This document shows positions 58,101 to 64,000 of a DNA stretch of 64,000 bases, piece after piece (the first letter of the stretch is position 1; each line of letters begins with the position of its first letter). The position numbers and the translations under genes were made by a program. The notes below the pieces were generated by a model, which had not been told where the DNA came from, did not search any database, and saw only the letters and a list, made by a program, of their open reading frames with translations. The DNA is from a bacterium. GTDB lineage: Bacteria > Bacteroidota > Ignavibacteria > UBA10030. The stretch is taken from positions 1 through 64,000 of the forward strand of contig JAZDJN010000104.1 of NCBI GenBank assembly GCA_043803945.1, in the 5' to 3' direction.

Positions 58101-61100
58101 GCCATGGACGAACATCCGCATCATTTTGTAGCTGAAGACATCGAGCGGACGCGCAGGAAACCGTTTGATCGCCTGACGACTCTGCCCATCCTTTAATTCC
58201 CTGATCTCCAAAGAGAGCGATTGTTCATTCATAAGAACATTTTGATCCGCTCGCATCCGGTCTTTTACGCGGCTCACCGGGTTATCGATGGAGTAATCTG
58301 GATTTTCTTCCCAGCTCACACTGCTTACCCGCATTGTGCTGTCATTTTTCTTTAACTCCTCCCATTGGTTTCCGATCAAATTGAATTCAGTGATACGAAT
58401 CAGGAGCTCATCCTGCGCACCGGTAAGCCACAATCGAACTGCATCAACGGTGGCAAAGGAGGGATCGCCAATTTTTCGATTGTATTCGATAATAGGAATA
58501 CGAAGCAGGTACCAACCATTGCTTCCGCCGCCGGCAAGATATTTTCTGAAACGAGCATTAGTGGTATCGAGCGGCAGTTCGTATTCATAGTAACTGTTGA
58601 TCCTGTCCAGGGTGTTATTTCTGTTCAAGTCCTCGCTATCCGGGAACCTTCCGCTTTCACTCTGGGAATTACCTTCCGATCCATTGATATTGACAAAGTC
58701 ATTCGGATTGATTGACAGGGGTACCGGACGCTGCCAGTTATCACCGGCAGGGTCGGTGGCATATTCCGGGAAGAGCCGGATAAAGTCGGCATAGAGTGCC
58801 CGCTCCTGCTCATCCGTCATACCATCAAAACCGGTATCCTCATCCGGGGCAAGGATCCCATTGGCGAATCCTTTTTCTTCCGTATCAAGCTTATCATTCG
58901 GGATGACATCTTCGCTGACAATGCCCAAATCGATATTCAGGAGTGCCGTCGGCTGAGTCCGGTCGAGCCGTACCCAAAATTCAATAAAGTTGATGTTCTC
59001 ATCTAAAAGGTTCGTTGAGGTTGACCCAATGAGCTGTTGAACGCCTGCCCACGCCTTCTGTCGATGGGCGAACAATTTCTCTTTGAGATTCATCGACGTG
59101 TTATACTGCGCACGTTCTTTCGGCTTCAGGTGAAGGTTCAACACCGGAATCTGCTCTTCTCCGGGGGCAACCTCCTTCTTTGGCTTCAAAAAGGTGATTG
59201 ATACATCGCTCGGTGTGATGGTGTACCAATCAAGCTTCGCTTTATACTCGAATTTTTCTTTAACATCAGTTTTGGTCAACTCATCAAATGCCGACATATA
59301 GGCAGGGACGCTGATATCCCGCCATCGTGAATAATGAATGATGATGGGGATTGGTTTTTTGGAACCTTCAAAATCATCGATATAGGCAATACCGGCTCCG
59401 CCATCATTCGGAATCGGGCTTTTCCGGGTATTCGGATCGGGCAGCATATAGGCAGCTTCACCGGAGAATGATAACAGGGAGGGTGTTGCCGATTTTGTTC
59501 CGGGCAGCCAGTTGATTGCCTGGGTGAGAAAATCAAGGTCGAATTTTGTATTTCCGCGGACATTGAAGATTGAGTTGTTGATCGGTTCTTCCGTTAACCG
59601 GACTTTATCACTGAGCGACTGCTGGTCGTAGTTCTCCAATGTGAAGAAGAACCCGGAGTTTTTCCCCAGATTCAACTCGCCGTGGACGCCGATTAATCGT
59701 TTCGATGCAAGCTGGATCGGATCGTTCTGTTCAAACCGAATTTGTACATTTTTTCCCGGCACGAGCAAGGCCGGATTGCGGATCGTCACCTGGCCGGAGA
59801 TATAGTCCACGCTGTAATCCTGCCCGACCATTTTTTTCTCCCCATCGACAATCACCTCAACACTTCCCTCCACAATGTTGAATCCCGGGAGGCGATACAC
59901 GGAAGTTACCGAGGACGACGTCGATCCCTTGATCAGAAATTTATTTCTCTGGCTGTTCGAGGCTCCATTATAGGTAGTGTCGTACACTTCATGGAAAATA
60001 AATGAATCAGCTTGCGCTAATGGAAATCCACGTGCCTGAAAATAGCGCCAGATACCGTTACGGAACGGTTCTGCCATCGGGAAAATTAACTCACCCCGTT
60101 CTTCATCGATCGTCTGCCCGTTTTGATAATCGAACTTTCCATCGGGGGGAGGCCCGCCACTCTCTGTAAAGCGATCCAACCCGAGCATTTCGATGAGGTT
60201 GACAACACCGAGAATATTGTCTTGAGGTTCTTTGCCTGAAACCTCATAAAGAATTTTAAGATCAAAACCCTCCTTCCGCAGCCCGCGAGAGCCAAGCGCA
60301 TACCGGCTTTTCAACATCATTCGCCATGCGGTTTTAAACTGAGGTCCTAGTTTCTGCGGTCGCACCAGTTTCATAATGAGTTTGAGCGATCGCGAAGTGT
60401 CACGCGAACCAAAATTTCCGATCTGTTTCGCCTTCACCTGATATGCAACGGCAATGGCCTGTTCGTATTGCACCATCGTTTTGAGAGAGATGTATCCGGC
60501 ATTTTTATTGATCGTGTAATCAACATCAGGCTGCAGGCGGATAAAGGGCCCGACTTCGATCTCGCCGGGGATGGCATCGATAATTCCAGAACGGAGTGCC
60601 TGGTCATTTTGGAAAGCAACAACTTTTCCTTCGTCGATGAATGCCGCGACGTTCCTCTCGTTGGGGATTTCATTGCCGACGCGCGATACCCATACCTCGA
60701 TATCGAGCACTTCCTTCAACGGATCAATCTTCGGAGGATTGTAGAGATAGAATGAGTCATAGAGCGCAATATAGGTCGTATCGATGAAATAGTGGTCCTT
60801 CGAATAATCGGGCGCGCGAAGCTGGAATTGCTTTGCCTCGCTCGATCCGCTCAAACTCAGTTCGTTCGTCTGTCCTTTCTTTTGAGTGGCTATTGCCGTC
60901 AGGTTGAGAGGACCCAACTTCATTCCTGCCTTAATACCGAAGAGTGCCTGACTGCTCTGAACAAATGAAGACCCGGTAATCAGATTGACGTTTCCAGCCT
61001 CGATACTTTGGATGATATCATCTTCATAGCCGGTGTACCGCACTTTCAACTGGTTTTCAAATTCGAAGACACGTTTGGTATCCCAATCCGCGCTGATTTT

Positions 61101-61970
61101 CAGTTTATCGCCAACCAGCCCCTCGACATTAATTTGAACATCCTGGCTAAATGCCGGTTCTCCACGGCTTTGTGCAAGGGGATTGTTGACAAAAAGGTCC
61201 GATTGGGTATTTTTAAATCCACCGCGGATATCCACAGAACCATTGACTCGCAGGCTGATTGTCGGCGGCCCGAAGATGCTGAAGAGCGGGTTTTTCGGAA
61301 TCGGAATTTCAATGCGAGTAACGGATCCAAAGAAATCGCTTAATCCTTTCTTCCGTCCTTCAACCAGTTGATACGATTGTGCCAACGCTTCCCAGTTCTT
61401 CCGGATTGCCTGTTTGAACCTCAACTCCTGGTATTCCTTAAAACTGTAGTCCAGAGGAATTCTGGTATCCTTTCCCAGAAATATTCTTTTTGTCGAATAG
61501 GTCATGCGCGCCGTATCCAGTAAGTGCTGGGACTGAATACTGGAGGGATCGGGTAGATACAGTGGATGTGGTTTCCTCTCGAAGAGAGGTACCATGGGAT
61601 TATCTTTCCTCATATGGTGGAAGTGCCGGAGCCTTGCTGAGGAATCGCGTGGCATAGCCTTAATAGAATCCAGGATCGATGCTGCTGTTTTCGCAGCGCT
61701 TGAAGTATCGACCATGGTACTACGTCGCTGGAGTGCCTTTGCCCGGCGGGACTCACCGACGGAACGGATGCGCGTGGTATCCTGCCCAAAGGGGATAAAT
61801 GACTCCGGACTAAAAGTAGCTATAGCTGCAACAGACGGTCGAAAGCTCAGCAGAGCACCTAAAAAGAGAAGAGAACATAGAATGAGGAAGAGGCCGAAAG
61901 GAAGGTGATTCTTCACCTGCGGGTTAAGAAAAGAAATTCTCGAACTGTGTACTTCGCTACCTGGGTTCAC
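55143..61970 (-). CDS. sprA: T9SS outer-membrane translocon SprA/Sov
   Basis: 2275 aa; FEFENQLKVRYTGYEDDIIQSIEAGNV, LFGIK, DYSVDYISGQV, AYIDDFEG, VWINELRL, FAPLVG. Start codon uncertain. Confidence 0.93.
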   Translation of the reverse strand: MNPGSEVHSSRISFLNPQVKNHLPFGLFLILCSLLFLGALLSFRPSVAAIATFSPESFIPFGQDTTRIRSVGESRRAKALQRRSTMVDTSSAAKTAASILDSIKAMPRDSSARLRHFHHMRKDNPMVPLFERKPHPLYLPDPSSIQSQHLLDTARMTYSTKRIFLGKDTRIPLDYSFKEYQELRFKQAIRKNWEALAQSYQLVEGRKKGLSDFFGSVTRIEIPIPKNPLFSIFGPPTISLRVNGSVDIRGGFKNTQSDLFVNNPLAQSRGEPAFSQDVQINVEGLVGDKLKISADWDTKRVFEFENQLKVRYTGYEDDIIQSIEAGNVNLITGSSFVQSSQALFGIKAGMKLGPLNLTAIATQKKGQTNELSLSGSSEAKQFQLRAPDYSKDHYFIDTTYIALYDSFYLYNPPKIDPLKEVLDIEVWVSRVGNEIPNERNVAAFIDEGKVVAFQNDQALRSGIIDAIPGEIEVGPFIRLQPDVDYTINKNAGYISLKTMVQYEQAIAVAYQVKAKQIGNFGSRDTSRSLKLIMKLVRPQKLGPQFKTAWRMMLKSRYALGSRGLRKEGFDLKILYEVSGKEPQDNILGVVNLIEMLGLDRFTESGGPPPDGKFDYQNGQTIDEERGELIFPMAEPFRNGIWRYFQARGFPLAQADSFIFHEVYDTTYNGASNSQRNKFLIKGSTSSSVTSVYRLPGFNIVEGSVEVIVDGEKKMVGQDYSVDYISGQVTIRNPALLVPGKNVQIRFEQNDPIQLASKRLIGVHGELNLGKNSGFFFTLENYDQQSLSDKVRLTEEPINNSIFNVRGNTKFDLDFLTQAINWLPGTKSATPSLLSFSGEAAYMLPDPNTRKSPIPNDGGAGIAYIDDFEGSKKPIPIIIHYSRWRDISVPAYMSAFDELTKTDVKEKFEYKAKLDWYTITPSDVSITFLKPKKEVAPGEEQIPVLNLHLKPKERAQYNTSMNLKEKLFAHRQKAWAGVQQLIGSTSTNLLDENINFIEFWVRLDRTQPTALLNIDLGIVSEDVIPNDKLDTEEKGFANGILAPDEDTGFDGMTDEQERALYADFIRLFPEYATDPAGDNWQRPVPLSINPNDFVNINGSEGNSQSESGRFPDSEDLNRNNTLDRINSYYEYELPLDTTNARFRKYLAGGGSNGWYLLRIPIIEYNRKIGDPSFATVDAVRLWLTGAQDELLIRITEFNLIGNQWEELKKNDSTMRVSSVSWEENPDYSIDNPVSRVKDRMRADQNVLMNEQSLSLEIRELKDGQSRQAIKRFPARPLDVFSYKMMRMFVHGDERLGYRPAFTDTSDYDLEFFFRFGTDSLNYYEYRAPVTPGWNDVKINFEQMTAVKLARDSAGGMSRRVPVPDGPVGATFQVRGEPTLTNIRLLVIGVENPYNKGMIGKTYSGDVWINELRLTDVDNTPGWAYRFESSLTLANLGSVTFNMTQRDPFFHSLEERFGSRNVDLNWAMSGSLNLERFLPESWRGTSLNVSYSHSERVQNPRYVPGTDILVDEAIRRTEESKRIGGRTEQEAKTSAEDVKQRTRSIDITESFALPNIKLNVPVDTWLITETINKLTLAYSYTKMTRRNPVTQNFEQWMWSTRVNYQLQFSEQNYIEPFEPFGDFFLTSPWKKAKVFFTPRTFNVSASLSRGQTMEKARDQSATKPIVRSFGGTRAFQFSWQFVRDGLLNLGMDYQLDIQSTLLNFELDHLNQQRSFSDILNEMFGKSRLMDFGVDQQYGQTIAFNPQPIVPSILNLDKFISLTARYSSQYSWINNLQAGELGKAAQTRPMLTLSLNFNMKNLGNEIWSQGTAKAPATPIDTTKPEASVDIGAILDKVSRYLIKIPIFDFERMDLQYGQQNQVQNSGVIGRPGFSNLFERIPFFQKSIPANGPSFLYQMGLSTDPHGEVVIKSKGKFPFVSGYTIPGLRSPGGNLVDMFAQTNTLSMKTSRPLWEGARLQLDWRLNWTFNSNKTLQSDSLGVAHEVNRVISGDMDRSFMTFPPVLFFKFLNTGIENVQKKYEGLRDDPGDLRTPAVKLTQAFEEGMEAVSFAKKLFGGLMPRPNWSLQWDGLEKLPFLSSIAQRVSLDHRYGSSYKRRWKISPNGEEVTESQVISYEFAPLVGMNITFKEFMKGNLTTDLRFGTGTSYDLIPSNQIAIANNSTEVSVSARYSRTGFEIPFFGLSLSNDLDFSFSYSFRKNEQREYRLNDVIFNAEGYPREGSSNTIIEPRIRYVMSSTVTASIFYKYSRLKPAEGGSRIPGSTTNEFGLDVNVQIQGSR

Positions 61971-62292
61971 GTTACAGTCAAAAATGATCGATGAAAGTAA
62001 CTACAGTAATAATTCTTTTGTACATCTAAAATGGTAGCGAATGGTCCGATGACTCTCCACAGATGAAACAATTGATAATACGGTCAACTGGTGCTGAAAA
62101 CTTAGTAAAAAGCGATACAAAGTGCAAGAACTTAAAAAAAACGATTATAAATTTTCATAGACGTGCCATGTCTTCTCGGGATTGAGAAATCAAAGCAAAG
62201 GAATCAAGATGTGCTCCCTTGAATAGTAGAGGATGAGATGATGTTGCACCAAGGAGTTCATTGGCTGAGATAGGCCATCTTTTTGTATCCGG

Positions 62293-62709
62293 TTACTTCA
62301 ATGCAGCATCGTCGAGAATCTGCCGGATCTGGTTTAATATTTTTGATGGAATATATGGTTTCTGAACAAAATCCTCTGCACCGATGTCAAGCATCTGTTG
62401 TCGCAACTCGGGATCAAAATATCCGCTGGCAAGAATTCCTTTTATTGCAGGATTGATTTTTCGCATCCGTTGAAATGCTTCCCATCCTCCAAGTTTTGGC
62501 AATCCCATATCTGAGAGTACCAATTTAATTTCATCATGATGCCGCTCGAACAGCGCAACGGCTTCTATACCATCACGGGCCAGCAGCACGCGATATCCAT
62601 TTTCTTCAAGCAGGACATGCAGAAGTTCAAGTAACATCTCTTCATCTTCGACGAGAAGGATTATCTCACCCCGTCCCTGCTGTATCTTTGTTAGCTCTTT
62701 CTGTTCCAT
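62293..62709 (-). CDS. Stand-alone response regulator receiver protein
   Basis: LLVEDE, LSDMGLP, ASGY, FVQKPY. Confidence 0.88.
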   Translation of the reverse strand: MEQKELTKIQQGRGEIILLVEDEEMLLELLHVLLEENGYRVLLARDGIEAVALFERHHDEIKLVLSDMGLPKLGGWEAFQRMRKINPAIKGILASGYFDPELRQQMLDIGAEDFVQKPYIPSKILNQIRQILDDAALK

Positions 62710-62727
62710 TCACATTACTAACTTGCG

Positions 62728-63366
62728 TTACGGAGAGAGTCGGAATATGAGCCAAGTTTTCTTTTTCTCGTAGACAATCCTGTCGTGAAGACGAGATTCC
62801 CTTCCCTGCCAGAACTCAAAAATAGCAGGTTCCAGCCGGAATCCTCCCCACGTTGGCGGTATTGGAATCTCAACGCCCGAAAATCGCTCTTGAATTTCTG
62901 CAGCCTTCTGCTCCAATTCCTCACGGCTTGAAATGACCGAACTCTGGTGGGAAGCCCACGCGCCGATTTGCGATTCACGGGGACGCGTTCGAAAATATTC
63001 CTCGGATTCCTTTCGGTCAACAGGCCGGACAGTACCCTCAATACGCACCTGTCTTGCCAGTTGAGGCCAGAAGAAAACAAGTGAAACATGGGGATTGGAG
63101 GAAAGCTCACGGCCTTTTCTGCTTTCATAATTTGTGTAGAAGACAATACCGTGCTCGTCAAAGTCTTTCATCAACACCACACGAGACGATGGTTTCCCGT
63201 GACGATTGGCGGTCGAGAGAACCATCGCGTTCGGTTCAGCCAGTTCCGCTTCCACGGCATCGGAAAACCACTTTTTGAATTGATTCCACGGATCGGAATC
63301 CACATCAGATTTTCTCAAACCTTCGGTAACATATTCACGGCGCAGTTTTTCAATCCGTTCCTTCAT
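62728..63366 (-). CDS. pdxH: Pyridoxine/pyridoxamine 5'-phosphate oxidase
   Basis: LRREY, EPNAM, RVVLMK, FYTNYESRKG, RQVRIEG, SQIGAWAS, EFWQGRESRLHDR. ORF open to 63453. Confidence 0.95.
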   Translation of the reverse strand: MKERIEKLRREYVTEGLRKSDVDSDPWNQFKKWFSDAVEAELAEPNAMVLSTANRHGKPSSRVVLMKDFDEHGIVFYTNYESRKGRELSSNPHVSLVFFWPQLARQVRIEGTVRPVDRKESEEYFRTRPRESQIGAWASHQSSVISSREELEQKAAEIQERFSGVEIPIPPTWGGFRLEPAIFEFWQGRESRLHDRIVYEKKKTWLIFRLSP

Positions 63367-63491
63367 CGCCCTCATCCTCTGTTGACTATCTTCCACGTAA
63401 GAAGATAAAGAATGCCCCCGCTCCATGCAAGTCCATCTCCCACCTCCGTGCACGCTTGTAACAGGGGAACAATCTGACTATATTTTATTCA

Positions 63492-64000
63492 ATGCGTATT
63501 CTCTGGCGACATATTCTGCGTTCCCACGTAGCGCCCTTGCTCTTCTCAACATTCATTCTCATGGGTGTCTTTTTATTGCAATTCATTATTCAAAAGATGG
63601 ATCAACTGGCAGGGAAGGGACTGAGCGCGGGGATCATCGCAGAACTGTTTATCATGAATCTTGCCTGGATGGTCGTACTGGCCGTTCCGATGGCGGTTCT
63701 TGTTGCTACGTTGATGGCATTCGGCGGACTCTCTTCCAATAACGAAATTACGGCCATGCGCGCCACCGGCATCAGCCTGTACCGGATGATGCTTCCCACA
63801 TTTCTTGCATCGATCGTTCTTTACTACGCCCTGGTCTACTTCAACAACACCATTTTACCCGATGCCAATCATCGGGCAAAAATCCTTCTCACCGATATCT
63901 ATAGAAAGAAGCCGACTCTTTCCTTTGTCCCCGGCCTCTTTTCTCAGGGTGTCCAGGGATACAGCATTCTTGTGCGCAAGACGTTTGAGAACTCGAATGA
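63492..64000 (+). CDS. LptF/LptG family LPS export permease, 5' part (runs off the window)
   Basis: Own translation from ATG 63492: MRILWRHILRSHVAPLLFS...LAGKGL...LAVPMAVLVATLMAFGGLSSNNEITAMRATGISLYRMM; not in the supplied ORF track. Confidence 0.88.
   Translation, partial: MRILWRHILRSHVAPLLFSTFILMGVFLLQFIIQKMDQLAGKGLSAGIIAELFIMNLAWMVVLAVPMAVLVATLMAFGGLSSNNEITAMRATGISLYRMMLPTFLASIVLYYALVYFNNTILPDANHRAKILLTDIYRKKPTLSFVPGLFSQGVQGYSILVRKTFENSN

Noticed and set aside
61971-62292. 322-nt AT-rich region upstream of sprA as a possible ncRNA or riboswitch
   Set aside because: No recognisable conserved motif or stable structure by eye; probably promoter DNA.
63425-63742. 105-aa plus-strand ORF in the supplied track
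   Set aside because: It is out of frame with the real lptF/G gene starting at 63492.

Overview
Gene-dense chromosomal segment, most likely from an Ignavibacteria-like member of the Bacteroidota-Chlorobiota group (inferred from sprA, porX, YPNPFNP-type T9SS sorting domains and Shine-Dalgarno-led genes). The left part (1-22 kb) is a mixed-strand metabolic region: a truncated type III restriction Res gene behind a probable IS701-like end, a T9SS-tagged GH3 hexosaminidase, two secreted S9 peptidases, rubrerythrin, yebC, a decayed chimeric ORF, a Tat/Fe-S aldo-keto reductase, a BNR/VPS10 protein, a NagB-PIG-L fusion, pdxB and a CofE-like ligase coupled to tadA. From 22.4 to about 63.4 kb every gene is on the minus strand; in transcription order: pdxH, a receiver protein, sprA, porX, tsaE, tsaB, accD, rsfS, argS, a Wzx/Wzy polysaccharide locus, accA, a second flippase coupled to a T9SS metallopeptidase and a TPR lipoprotein, DUF1385 and prfA. 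The window ends in a partial lptF/G gene. I saw no rRNA, tRNA or CRISPR array. The most unusual signal is non-coding: inverted-repeat cassettes (one still holding an internally deleted GxxExxY nuclease gene) whose arms are interrupted by small CC...GGG hairpin inserts, plus a second palindrome family with the same nesting. All family assignments are from motif recognition by eye; no searches were run.
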